From Octopus vulgaris (taxonomy: Eukaryota), in contig OX597828.1 in assembly GCA_951406725.2 (NCBI GenBank), positions 51,460,001 through 51,524,000 of the forward strand: a stretch of DNA of 64,000 nucleotides, read 5' to 3'. Positions within the stretch are counted from its first letter, which is position 1. Each line of letters begins with the position of its first letter. Under the pieces are notes generated by a model. The model worked only from the letters and a program-made list of their open reading frames with translations. It did no database searches and was not told the origin of the DNA. The translations under genes and the position numbers were made by a program. Below, piece after piece: positions 52,440-64,000 of this stretch.

Positions 52440-53625
52440 TAATGTTACAAAAGTTACGTAGAAATATCTAGAAATACAAAAGTGTATGATATCCAATAAA
52501 ATCGCCATTAGCTTCTAACACCGCGTCCAGACGACTTTGGAATCTGCTGCAGTTCTTCTGGAGAGTCTTCTTGTTTACGTTAGTGAAAGGTACCATAATC
52601 CTTACCTTCAGTTCATTTTTGTTGTTAAAAGGAGTTTTGTTATTATTTCCCTCAACCGCGCCCCGCACATAATAATCAATGGGGTTACAGTCTGGGGAGT
52701 TACATGGCCAGATGTTAGGGGTGATGTGGTCGAAGAAATTGCCTGACAGCCATGACTGGGTTCTCCTGGTTGTGTGGCATGATGCAGAGTCCTGTTGCCA
52801 GAAATATGGTCTTGCAGCAGTCACTCTCTTGATCCGGGGCATCACTATCTCATCCAGAAACTTGATGTAGCCGTCTGTGTTGAAACTGAGTCCATTCCAT
52901 GTGGGAAGAGGAATGGAGGCATAACTTCACAATGACTAGTGATCACTGCAAACACCGTGATCTTGACTGGATGTTTGATTTTTATCACTGTCGGATCATG
53001 TTTCAAGACGCGGTAAGCCAACGGTTGTTCTTGAGTTCACCATCTGATCCTGGCAGAAATTTTTCTCGTCTGAGAAAAATCAAAGCATGTTCGGTTGGAA
53101 GGGATGCTTGAATTTGTTCAAAAGCTTTGTGGCGCGGTCTTTCCCCTTCTCTCTGATGGTTTGGGATAATATTTATCCCTTTCTTAATTTGTATGAGAAA
53201 TACCGAATATTTTCATGCACTACTCCCCTGATAAGAAGCTGAGACAATCCTATGTCCCTGGCAATGGATCTGATAGACTTGGAGGTATCCTTGTCAATCA
53301 TAGCTTGGATCTCACCAACAAATTCAAGAATTGTTTTCTTATGAAAACGATTAGAATGAGTTTTCCGAGCTGCCATACATTCATAATGAACATTAGACTC
53401 ATCCACCTCTTTCCGAAGCGTCAGCACTGTCCTCAGATTGACACCCAAACACTCTGATATGTTCGTAATGGAGATTCTGGGGCGAATGCCAAGCAGTAGA
53501 GAATGTCGTTTCCAAATTTCTGGCAGAGTGAAGTGCGTCATGGTGCTGTTTTTCCACAGACGGTGTTGACCTGTCTCGACTATACTGTGTAGTCAATGAA
53601 ATCAAGGACATAGGATGGCGACAAT
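52440..53625 (-). mobile_element. maT (DD37D) Tc1/mariner transposon relic
   Basis: HTH region ISECLGVNLRTV, FSDEKNF, and QQD followed by 37 residues to D in WPCNSPDCNPIDY; frameshifted. Confidence 0.88.
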
Positions 53626-54180
53626 TGTGCATTGTGCACCTTCTCATTCCTCATCCTGTCCTTCCGTGTGACACCAACCATAGCCCTCAAACATCTCATC
53701 TCAAGCACATCTGGTCGCCTCCTTTTTACCTCTCTCAGGCCCCACCTCTCTGCACCGTATATCATACATAGCAGTCACAAAAAAGGTGACGTGGCAATCA
53801 ATTAAAGTTTCATGTGTGTATGTGTGGGTGTGTCTTCAGCCTGCAAGGGGCCGTGAAATACGTGCCGGAATATAGCCCTATGTGACTTTACGTCGTGTAG
53901 CTGGTCAAATCTTGTAAACTTGTGCCTAATTTGGAAGGATAAATCCGTATTTACTTAAGTAAGTACATGAGTGTCCGTACACAGTGTTAGTTCGCAGATT
54001 CTGTTTCCCAAATTACACATCTTTTTGTGGCTCATATGTATGTTATATGGTGCAGAGAGGTGGGGGCCGAGAGAGGTGAAAATGGGGCGACTAGATGTGT
54101 TTGAGATGAGATGTTTGGGGGTTATGGTTGGTGTGACACGGAAGAAAAGGATGAGGAATGAGTAGGTGCGCAATACACAA
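53626..54180. repeat. Diverged inverted pair of RTE-derived fragments (53626-53790 minus; 54015-54180 plus)
   Basis: Both encode YGAERWG.REVK..R.DV.EMRCL..MVGVTRK.RMRNE (RTE C-terminal domain) with matching boundaries. Confidence 0.8.
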
Positions 54181-54467
54181 CCCCACAAAATAAAAGGACA
54201 ACACACAACAGAGAAAGGAGAAGATTCAGAAATATGATATTAGTTTAAGGGGGGAAAGTCTTAGCATTGGTATGTTAGTTCTTCGTTTCATGAAAAGCAT
54301 AGGAGAAAGATAAAAAAGGGTCAAGAATCATACAAGGGCATCACATTGCATCACCGATATCTCTTTTCTTTTTGCTTGTATACGAGAAAGCAACTACTGT
54401 ATACTACACACACACAAACACACACACACACACACACACATACACAGACACACACATACATACATAA

Positions 54468-54690
54468 TACTCTTTTACTCTTTTACTTGTTACAGTCATT
54501 TGACTGCGGCCATGCTGGAGCACCGCCTTTAGTCGAACAACTCGACCCCGGGACTTATTCTTTTGTAAGGCCAGTACTTATTCTATCGGTCTTTTTTGCC
54601 GAACCGCTAAGTAACGGGGACATAAATACACCACCATCGGTTGTCAAGCAATGCTAGGGGACAAACAAAGACACACAAACACACACACGC

Positions 54691-54723
<33 letters not shown>

Positions 54724-54881
54724 CGACGGGCTTCTTTCAGTTTTCGTCTACCAAATCCACTCACAAGGCTTAGGTCGGCCCGAGGCTATAGTAGAAGACA
54801 CATGCCCAAGGTGCCACGCAATGGGACTGAACCCGGAACCATGTGGTTGGTAGACAAGCTACTTACCACACAGCCACTCCT
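54468..54881 (-). mobile_element. SINE family A, full length
   Basis: Reverse-complement match. Confidence 0.92.
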
Positions 54882-54964
54882 CCTACATATATATCTGTTG
54901 CATACATGTATGTTATGCATTTATGTATGTATATATGTATGTACCAATGTACATACATACATAT

Positions 54965-55400
54965 AGCGCAAGCTTTGCTGTGTGCTAAGAAGCTTGCTGG
55001 CTAATCACATAGTACCGCATTCATTCCCATCGCGCATTCAGCAAGTCTACTCTAGACTAGGGTAGCTCAAGGTCTTGTGAGTTGATTTGATACATGAAAA
55101 CTGAAGGAATCCCAAATTATGCATATACATATATACATTCATAGTACATATATACATATCTATCTATCTAAGTATCTATATATGTGTGTGTGTCTTTGTG
55201 TTTGCGTTTGTCCCCCTCCATTGCTTGACAACCAATGTCGGTGCGTCTACGTCCCCGTAATATAGCGGTTTGGCAAACCAGACCGATAGAATAAGTACCA
55301 GGTGTACAAAGAATAAGTCCTGGGGTCGCTTTCTTCAAATAAAATAGGTGCTCCGGCATAGCTGCACTCAAATAACTGAAACATGTAAAAGAATAAAAGA
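54965..55400 (+). mobile_element. SINE family A, degenerate
   Basis: GCTTGACAACC..GACCGATAGAATAAGTAC..CTGAAACA motifs. Confidence 0.8.
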
Positions 55401-55407
55401 ATACATG

Positions 55408-55453
<46 letters not shown>

Positions 55454-55688
55454 TAGATACATACATATATACATACATACATATATATATATATGTACAT
55501 AGATACATACATATATATGTGTGTGTATATATATATATACAATAAAAGCAATTAAGATGCAAGTCAATTCTAATGAATTCACTTGAATGCGGTACTTAAC
55601 TTAGATGCACCAGAAAACTATATGGTGTTAACCATACTGTAATGTGGGGTGATTATAAACGAGAAAGAAGCAACAAGAATGGATTAGT

Positions 55689-55779
55689 TTTTAGTACAAT
55701 TGTTTCATACAAAGACAGGCTTTATTAAAAGTTGCAAATATTGCAGCAGATAAAAGTGTCCCGTACTCATCAGCTAAAA
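55689..55779 (-). ncRNA. Minimal type-I hammerhead ribozyme with canonical core
   Basis: Reverse complement of 56575-56665. Confidence 0.82.
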
Positions 55780-56574
55780 CACATATGAGTTCTCCAAACA
55801 TCTTAGTGGGTGAGGCTACACTCATGAAGTATTGGAGATAAGTTCATTAAAAACAGATTCAGGTTGTAAACTGACTTCCGAAGTTCTTTAATGATAATGC
55901 ACAGTCTTATCACAGGTTTTAAAAAGCTTATTAGCTTCACAGAGAAGGTGAATTAATCCGTAGTGTAGGTGTAAATTTCCAGAGATATGAGGAGGTATTT
56001 CATACTCACAGACGATGAATTTATCCATGGTTAATCCACAATGAGGTGGGTATAATTTCATGCTATATGATAAGGTATTTGCCACATTACTGTTCTCTTC
56101 TTCTTTTTTCTTTTTTCTTTTTTCTTTTTTCTTTTTTTCTTTTTTTTTCTTTTTTCCTTTTTCCTTGTTTCTTTTCTTCTCTTTCCTTTCTTTTCTTTTC
56201 TTTGCTCCGCAAACTTCCTCCAGCCTTTAGAAGTCATAGCATAGCAATTTTGTGAAGAGAACAGTAATGTGGCAAATACCTTATCATATAGCATGAAATT
56301 ATACCCACCTCATTGTGGATTAACCATGGATAAATTCATCGTCTGTGAGTATGAAATACCTCCTCATATCTCTGGAAATTTACACCTACACTACGGATTA
56401 ATTCACCTTCTCTGTGAAGCTAATAAGCTTTTTAAAACCTGTGATAAGACTGTGCATTATCATTAAAGAACTTCGGAAGTCTGTTTACAACCTGAATCTG
56501 CTTTTAATGAAATTATCTCCAATACTTCATGAGTGTAGCCTCACCCACTAAGATGTTTGGAGAACTCATATGTG

Positions 56575-56665
56575 TTTTAGCTGATGAGTACGGGACACTT
56601 TTATCTGCTGCAATATTTGCAACTTTTAATAAAGCCTGTCTTTGTATGAAACAATTGTACTAAAA
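56575..56665 (+). ncRNA. Minimal type-I hammerhead ribozyme with canonical core
   Basis: TTTTAG-CTGATGA-GTACGGGACA...TGTCTTTGTAT-GAAA-C-AATT-GTA|CTAAAA; predicted cleavage after 56659. Confidence 0.85.
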
Positions 56666-56940
56666 ACTAATCCATTCTTGTTGCTTCTTTCTCGTATATA
56701 TATATATAAATATATATATGTACAGAGAGAGAGAATACATGTATATACATACATATATATATACCAGTGGCGTGCGGTGACTTCCGGGGCTGGGCATGCA
56801 ATGAATTTCTTTGCCCCCCACCCCACCCCCGGGGGCAATTTTTCAGTAAAAAAATTTTTCGAATTCCTACGATTTACATATGGGAGATTCTGAATATGCA
56901 ATCACCCCCGTATGACCTAGAATAAAAAAAACGTCACCCT

Positions 56941-57202
56941 GGTACTATTTAAGAAGAGTGGTACTATTTAAGAAGTACCCTGGTACTATTTAAGAAGCCA
57001 GCTCGCGCTGGCTAGTCGTGACTAGTCGATCCTACGACTATCTAACAAAGTAAATAAATTTTTTAAACAAAATATATAAAACACAAAGTAAATAATGTTT
57101 TTAACAAAGTAAATAAAACACAAAGTAAGGATCGACTAGTCACGACTAGCTGGCGTGGATGCTCGAGTGCGCGCACCGGGACCACTCTTCTTAAATAGTA
57201 CC
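56941..57202. mobile_element. MITE-like fold-back nested in the hAT element
   Basis: Perfect 22-bp IR GGTACTATTTAAGAAGAGTGGT (56941-56962 / 57181-57202) and inner IR CTAGTCGTGACTAGTCGATCCT. Confidence 0.7.
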
Positions 57203-57418
57203 CATGATTTTTAAATTGTTTGCAATACTCATCAAATTTGTTGAAATTCGAAAGTTCCATGAATTTAAACTCTTCTAAGGATGAATATCGTGCTTTTATT
57301 TGGTCAACTATTGTACTGATAATTTTGTTATAAAGCATTTATAATGTCGTTGAGGTTCAATAGATATATTCTTGGATCTCTGAATTCCGATTCCTGCATC
57401 GACTCCATATTTTTTCCC

Positions 57419-57740
57419 CCGGGTTCAGTTCCACTGCGTGGCACCTTGGGCAAGGGTCTTCTACTATAGTCTCGGGCCGACCAAAGCCTTGTGAGTGGAT
57501 TTGGTAGACGGAAACTGAAAGAAGCCCGTGGTATATATGTATATATATGCGTGTGTGTGTTTGTGCGTCTGTGTTTGTCCCCCTAGCATTGCTTGGCAAC
57601 CGATGCTGGTGTGGTTATGTCCCCGTTACTTAGCGGTTCGGCCAAATAGACCGATAGAATAAGTCCCAGGGTCGAGTTGCTCGATTAAAGGCGGTGCTCG
57701 AGCATGGCCGCAGTCAAATGACTGAAACAAGTAAAAGAGA
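57419..57740 (+). mobile_element. SINE family A nested in the hAT transposase
   Basis: Body and tail match; interrupts the transposase frame. Confidence 0.9.
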
Positions 57741-58797
57741 TTGAAAAATTATCAAGTTTGTTTTCGAATACAGTTCTAGTTTTATCTATTTGATCTTTAC
57801 AATACACTATGTTATGACTTTTACTCTGGAGGATGTTAAATATGAAAAAAGAAAAAATCTCACTGAATACTTCTAACAAAAATAAGAAATCAGGAGCTTT
57901 TAAAGTTTGTAAGAATCCAATTGCTGAATTTATGGTGGTATCATCCCATGCTTCAGGATTTTCAATGATGTGCTCAAAAAGGCTGATTATGAAATGATAA
58001 TTTTTACTTTGTGGTAATAATAAGCCGTGAGGCTGTTGCCTTCGGAAATCTTTTTTTTAACAATGTTATCTAATTCATTAGCCCTTTTCGGTGTTGGTCT
58101 CCCACCGATATAATTAATTATTTTCCATCGAATTCTCCTTTCGAAAAAATATTTCTCAAAATATCGTTTATAACACATTTCACTCATTTCGTAAAATATA
58201 CGAAAATATACGAACACACGTGGAAGCGCCGGCGTAAATAGTAAGTCAATTTCAACAAAACAAAGATACAGAAAGTGGGTATCATGCGGTCAGCTCATAG
58301 CATGACATGCCACTGAGAGAAAGAGGAAGGGGGTACAAAATATTATGAACAACCTTTCCTACTAGCATCTGTTTTATCAATTCACTAAAAGAGAGAGAGG
58401 AAGGAGGGACAAACTAAGAGACAGAGAGGGAGGTCATGCGGGTCGTCCCACAGCATAGCCACTAAAAGGAAGAGGAAGGGGGTAAAAATATTTCAAATGC
58501 CCTATCCTCTTAGCATGTCTTTTAAACAGTCACTAAGAGAGAGAGAGAGAGGAAGGAAGGACAAACTGAGACAGAGAGGGAGTGTCTAACATGCTGGTCT
58601 TGTCAATGCATGACTTCTAAAAGCAGAAGTAGAGTCACTGAGAGGGAAGGGGAGACAAAATACAACTGGACGGATTTTCTTTGAAACAAAGTAACTATTT
58701 TATCTAATTTTCCGATCATATGGATAAAAAAATCACAGGGCATGCAACGCATACCTTGCATACCTGAGAGTGCACGCCCCTGATATATACATACATA

Positions 58798-58853
<56 letters not shown>

Positions 58854-58982
58854 TAGATAGATAGATAGATAGATATTTCTCTCTGTTTCAGGTTTTCTTT
58901 ATATACCAAATTTTCCAGAAGCAGCGTTCTCTTTTAGCTAACAAGTAAAGAGAAATATTTTGCAACGTAGTTAATTTTGATG

Positions 58983-59019
<37 letters not shown>

Positions 59020-59577
59020 CACGTATATTATCAAGCTTGTATGCAGTCACTTGCAATGGTTGAAATTGAAGCTTAATGACCACGGGAACAAACAGGATAC
59101 ACACGTTGGAAATAAAAGATTGATTTGATGAGTAAGATAAAGACCTGTTAGTAACCTTGCCACCGGTCTTTCTCGTACGTTTGCTAATCCTGTGCTAACC
59201 TGCAGCGTCTTTATTTTATGTAGTGATGATCTTAACGGTCGATAAACTCGCGAAGTTATCCAATCTACACCAAATTATATAACATCCTATAGCTGTAAAA
59301 TTTTCCATTGGAGAATCAAATCCCTGCTAGGAAGACAACCAATATTCCTGATTGGTTGGCTTCCAGTACAGGTCTGTCCAGTTGTCGCAACACAACCACA
59401 CGAAATGGAGCAAAAAAAAAACAAAAACACAAAAGAACATTAAAAAACCCCCTAAAAACCCATCATGGTTCAATGTGTCCAGCAAGTAAGAAACTTATAA
59501 GTCATGCATTCTGAACTGCTGTTCGGCATTTATTCGTCTAAGTTAAATATATATATTTGTAGATAGACAGGCAGATA

Positions 59578-59633
<56 letters not shown>

Positions 59634-59634
<1 letters not shown>

Positions 59635-59779
59635 CGGGAAGCTTTATGAAAATAAACAAAAGACGAAGGCAGGTGGAGTACAAACAAACAATTGTATTAG
59701 TATGGCGCTCAGGAATATAAATAAAACAAGTCTTTTACGTTTCGAGCCTACGCTCTTCAATAGTAAGATACACAGAAAA

Positions 59780-59782
<3 letters not shown>
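59634..59782 (-). mobile_element. Short PLE-type repeat with decayed hammerhead-like motif (59732-59767)
   Basis: CTATTGA-AGAGCGTAGGCTC-GAAACGTA-AAAG; (TA)n on both sides. Confidence 0.55.
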
Positions 59783-59827
<45 letters not shown>

Positions 59828-59999
59828 TTTAAATTTTCAAACATGGAATTAAATATTTGCATGCTAAAAAGTCTATTTATAATTTATTTATTAATTTTAT
59901 AGTAAATATAATATGATTAAAATTTTTATTGCCTTCTCAGTGTTTACCGTTTTACAAAATCAAACTAGAAAACTGGACAAAACAGAGAACACAAATGAA

Positions 60000-60790
60000 A
60001 ACAAAAATTAAAAAGAAATGAGAAACGAGAGAGAGAGAGGCGGGGAGGAGAAAAAAGGAAAAAAGAAACAAAACAAAACAATTCAACACCTCGAATTGAA
60101 AAGTTGGGAGCACTGGGAAACTTTTCTAATAGCTATTGAGACACGCCGACACGCTTGCAGCGTGGCCGCGGGTGATGACGAGGCTGGTGCGCTGGAAAAG
60201 GCAAGCCCCTTCACAAGCCGCATCAGTTACCTCGGCAAAGCAAGTTGCCAGTGAAGACAGGAATTTCGCAGTAAGTAGTCCGACCACACCAAACGTCTTG
60301 AACGCCAGAGGATGGAAGATGTAGCAGGCTGACGGATCGCGGTATTTCAGGATTTATAAAGGCGGGGAGCTGGCAGAAACGTTAGCACGCCGGACGAAAT
60401 GCCTAGCGGTATTTCGTCTGCGTTACGTTGTGAGTTCAAATTCCGCCGAGGTCGACTTTGCCTTTCATCTTTTCGGGGTCGATAAATTAAGTACCAGTTA
60501 CGCACTGGGGTTGATGTAATCGACTTAATCCGTTTGTCTGTCCTTGTTTGTCCCCTCTGTGTTTAGCCCCTTGTGGGTAATAAAGAAATAGGTATTTCAG
60601 GATTTTGTTCCCCTCGGCTGCAGAGGCTGTGGTTCTCGCCCTCCTCTTGAGTATCAGGTTCAACTCCGTATCACGCGCGAAGCGACCAGCATTCGGGCGG
60701 CTAGAAGTGACATGTAGGACTGTGGAGTCGAGGAGCCTGCTACAACGACAGATCAAACCCATGCATACGTCAGCTCCCACATCATATTAA
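60000..60790 (-). mobile_element. CRE-like (RLE) non-LTR retrotransposon 3' end interrupted by a SINE
   Basis: CRCSRLLD..H..AGRFARDTELNLILKR knuckle. With the SINE removed: ASAAEGNKILKYRD..YIFHPLAFKTFG..LFQRTSLVITRGHAASV*. T-rich tail on the minus strand. Confidence 0.8.
60361..60590 (+). mobile_element. SINE family B, full length with 15-bp TSD
   Basis: GGTATTTCAGGATTT at 60341-60355 and 60591-60605. Confidence 0.93.
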
Positions 60791-60879
60791 TTGCTAGATC
60801 AGTGATTCCCATGCGACCTCCCATATTTTCATCATCACAAAATACAATAAACATATATGTCATACGCTCGTCTGTTTAC

Positions 60880-62032
60880 ATGGTGAGAAAAGTGTTTCAA
60901 CAGCGAACACCACTATGAAATTAGGATGATATAGAAGGCGAGTCTCTATGGGATGACATGAATGATGAAGAAGCGGATGATGTGCTACCTCTAATTATGG
61001 ACAGCGGAGATGAAGATGAAGAGAATCCATACGATGATATCATCCATCCTGGTCATTATGAAGCTTTATTCAATGGTGAAGATGATGAATAGCTTGATTT
61101 CTTGGAGGATTTTAATGAACTTTTTTGCGTAAAATTTTTAAGATATATCACATATCGTAATTATAATTTAAAGCGGTGTTTTCGTAAACTTCTACTCCAC
61201 TTTTTGTTTGCATAAACAAAAAAAATATGATAATTTATTGGTTTTTACTGACATTATTAATTATTTTGGTATTTGTTCTATACTTTCAGCCAAAAACTTC
61301 ACTGGATTTATAAAAAAAATAATAATACAACAAAAGAATTGGTACACTAGTCTCTAATCTAGCCACGAAGATGAAAACGTTTTCAAGGGAGACTGTTAGT
61401 GGTGGATAGTGGTATTGTGCTTCCACTTCTTTTATCGGTTTTTGGTATTTAATATATTAAGTAGCGTTTAATTAATTAGAAATAAAAATGCACCACTAGT
61501 ATGCTTTGCCATAATACACTTGTGATGAGTGTTATTTTAAACATGAATATGAAAATAGTGTAACGTTATAGAAGAGTTATAAAGTGAAACACGCCGAGCA
61601 GGTGTCTGCTATATGCACAGTATTACGGTACGTAGTGGCATGCCGGTACCGAGTATAGATATGTTACCGGTCTTAATATCGCACAATTATGAGATATAAA
61701 ATTATTTCACTCAGCTAGTCTGTTAAGTTTGCTGGATACAAATAAAAGAGAAAGTGTAAATATTTATAAGTGCTACGTGGTCTTTTTTTATGGTTTTTGA
61801 TATTTACTAGGACGAGTGTTTTATGCATAGAATTGGTGATATTACTGTAACTCATCGTGTTTTTGTTTTTATTCGCTTAGAGAACGGTTGGGCTTCTGCT
61901 GCTGCTATGGCACTTCGGATTCTAGTTTGGTTTTCAGCCCCTCAAAAGAAGTATCCATGTAAAAGTCGATCCCATAAATTTGACCTTAAAAAATGATCTA
62001 AAAAGTTCAACGTTTCCAAGAGAATATACGGT
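60880..62032 (+). mobile_element. Possible pogo-like transposon 3' relic
   Basis: Acidic tail ending ..GEDDE..GGF and a terminal ATATACGGT resembling a pogo TIR. Confidence 0.35.
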
Positions 62033-62414
62033 GTGTATATTATTATTGAAAACAATTCGATTCGGCTCCCTGCGATCAATAGTTTCACAGGCCGCTTTAC
62101 ATAAGAAACCTAACACTCGTTCATGGTAAGTTAAGCGACGCCTGAACGAGCTGAGTCACGGTAAAGAAACCAGCAAAAGTTTCAGTCACATGAAGCTAAA
62201 TCCCATTGTTTTTAATAAAATATATATATATAATCCTACTACATGTGTGGAGTCTCATTTTTTTCTTTCGTTTGGCCAATCAATCGTGTACGCACACGCA
62301 AACAGAAACACACATACACACACACGCACACACACACACACATATATATATACATTTATACGTATCTATGTATCTATATATCTATATATCTATATATATA
62401 AATATATAAATATA

Positions 62415-62610
62415 AAGGGGGAATTCACGAAGAAAACAAAAGACGGAGACAGGTGGTGTAGAAAACAAACAGATGTATTAGTATAACGCTCGGGAATTGA
62501 AAAAGTCTTTAATGTTTCGAGCCTACGCTCTTCCACAGAAAGGAAAACAGAAAGAAAGAAGGAGAGAAACAAGGCGAGAAAAAATGTGTGTAGTGGCTAG
62601 CGATCTATCA
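62415..62610 (-). mobile_element. Short PLE-type repeat with hammerhead-like motif (62507-62542)
   Basis: CTTT-CTGTGGA-AGAGCGTAGGCTC-GAAACATT-AAAG; homologous to 8820. Confidence 0.55.
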
Positions 62611-63846
62611 TGACGAATGCCGGACAGCAGGGTCACACAGGAGAGCTAAGAAATAGGGGAGATAACAAAGTAGTAGTGATCCCAAAACGAAGGTGCGCGT
62701 GTGTGTAAGAGAGTAAGTATGTGCGTGTGAAAGCGGGCTGGTGATCTTGACGTGTGCGTGCGTGTATGTGTAGGTGAAACAATGTTGGGACGGAAATTGG
62801 TTCAGTGCTGGTGTGTGCGTGGTGGTGTGTTGTGATGTGTTGTGTTGTGCGTTATAGTGTAGTGTGGTGTGATGGTGTTAGGAGGTGGGGAGGCGATAGT
62901 GGGGAAAGCACGGTTGGGGTGTGGGTTAGGCTGAGGTTTGGGGTAGATTTGTGGTATGTGGGTAGGCAGAGAGTGGGAGTAGAGGTGGGGTATGTGGGTA
63001 GGCAGAGGGTGGAGGTAGAAGTGGGGTATGTGGGAAAGGGTGTAAGGTATGGGATGGGATGGGATATATACACACTCAGAATTATGTATATATACATATG
63101 CATGAATATACATATGCACACACACACACATAAATTATTTTATATGTGCCAAAGTTTGTGTGACAGTACGTCTTGAGTGTGTGTGTGTATGTGCGTGTGA
63201 GCGTATCTGCGCGCGCGTGCGTGTGACTGTGTGAGCGCGCATGTGCTTCATATCTTAAATTGTGAAAGTTATTTATGAATTTCGCCTTGCAGACTCCGAC
63301 AAATGTGAGCTGAAGTAAATATATCGTGTTTTTACATTGTTCAGAATGGTATATGCTAATTGATAGTCTACAAAAATTGGTGCCACGGGCAGTTGACAAG
63401 CAGAGTGGAGAGATAAGTCTAATTGTCTGTGGGGCAGTAAGGCGAGATGATAGAGATGGAAATGTGTAAACGTATGTATTCGCAGAAATAAAGTTTGCGT
63501 ATTTCAATATATTCTGTTCTCGTGTTTTTGTGTTTGCATATATGTAGATGTTTGTTTATACACATGTGTTTATGTTGGTAAATGTGTATGCGTGTGACTA
63601 AACATTTTAAAGAAAATTGGCAATCGATTGGTAACTAAACCATAACTAGATGTGGTGGTGCAAATTCTTCAGCGGTGGGAGAGTTTTGGGAAAGTTGGGT
63701 GAAGAAAAATTAAAGAAGAAAGATAAAATCCAAAGTGAAAATCGATAAATGGAAACGGATTTCGACTTTTACATACAAATATAAAAGGAAGTAAATATGT
63801 ATGTATATATATATACGTATGTACGTGACAATTATTCGGTAGCCAT

Positions 63847-63907
63847 GATAAAACTCCGTGTTTCGGATGTCGGGGCGGAAACCCACACCGCTATCTCTTC
63901 AGTCATC
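63847..63907 (-). ncRNA. Minimal hammerhead motif with canonical CUGAAGA core
   Basis: GATGA-CTGAAGA-GATAG...ACATCC-GAAA-CACGGA-GTT|TTATC; flanks homologous to the 45116 copy. Confidence 0.6.
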
Positions 63908-64000
63908 GGGCCATCGAAAAGATGCTATGAAAATGAACGTTAAACAAAGAGAAATTACTGTGATTGACCGTTATTAAGACAAAAGCGTTACTGTGAGAGG

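Larger units (their letters stand above)
55541..56695. mobile_element. PLE-type fold-back: 442-bp near-perfect inverted arms 55659-56100 / 56254-56695
   Basis: Arms differ at only about 3 positions; identical 65-aa pseudo-ORFs on opposite strands; each arm carries a hammerhead; (TA)n on both flanks; homologous to 28683-28935. Confidence 0.88.
56765..58782 (-). mobile_element. Internally deleted hAT transposon with intact TIRs and 8-bp TSD
   Basis: TIRs CAGTGGCGTGC / GCACGCCCCTG; ATATATAC TSD at 56757-56764 and 58783-58790. Transposase relics (GFLQTLKAPDFLFLLEVFSEIF..FNILQSK; IISTIVDQIKARYSSL) and ~150-bp subterminal tandem repeats at 58280-58650. Confidence 0.9.

Noticed and set aside
55888-56466. 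Duplicated 65-aa protein MANTLSYS..
   Set aside because: A by-product of the inverted repeat, with no recognisable domain.
56941-56997. CRISPR-like triple repeat GGTACTATTTAAGAAG
   Set aside because: Spacers are only 3-6 bp, the context is eukaryotic, and the repeat is part of a MITE terminus.

Overview
AT-rich eukaryotic intergenic or intronic DNA made almost entirely of microsatellites and transposable-element relics. The SINE families and (TA)n/(CA)n density suggest an Octopus genome; this is my inference and I could not run a search. I found no host protein-coding exon, rRNA, true tRNA gene or CRISPR array, and nearly all ORFs in the track are microsatellite artefacts. Recognisable elements: a young 5'-truncated RTE LINE nested in a mariner relic, a near full-length decayed RTE, R4/Dong-like, CR1, Tx1-like and CRE-like LINE relics, Penelope-like (PLE) relics including a GIY-YIG domain, a DD37D maT transposon, a hAT element with intact TIRs and an 8-bp TSD, pogo-type MITEs, non-autonomous Helitrons and more than 25 SINE copies. 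The main hidden signal is a set of about 14-16 minimal type-I hammerhead-ribozyme (HHR) motifs from at least 5 short repeat families. They sit next to (TA)n tracts and are often arranged as divergent inverted repeats. Three copies have a fully canonical core, with stem I pairing conserved despite sequence change. PLE-linked hammerheads are known in general; the number of families, the core variants and the fold-back arrangements seen here merit testing. Coordinates were read by eye, and the ends of decayed elements are approximate.
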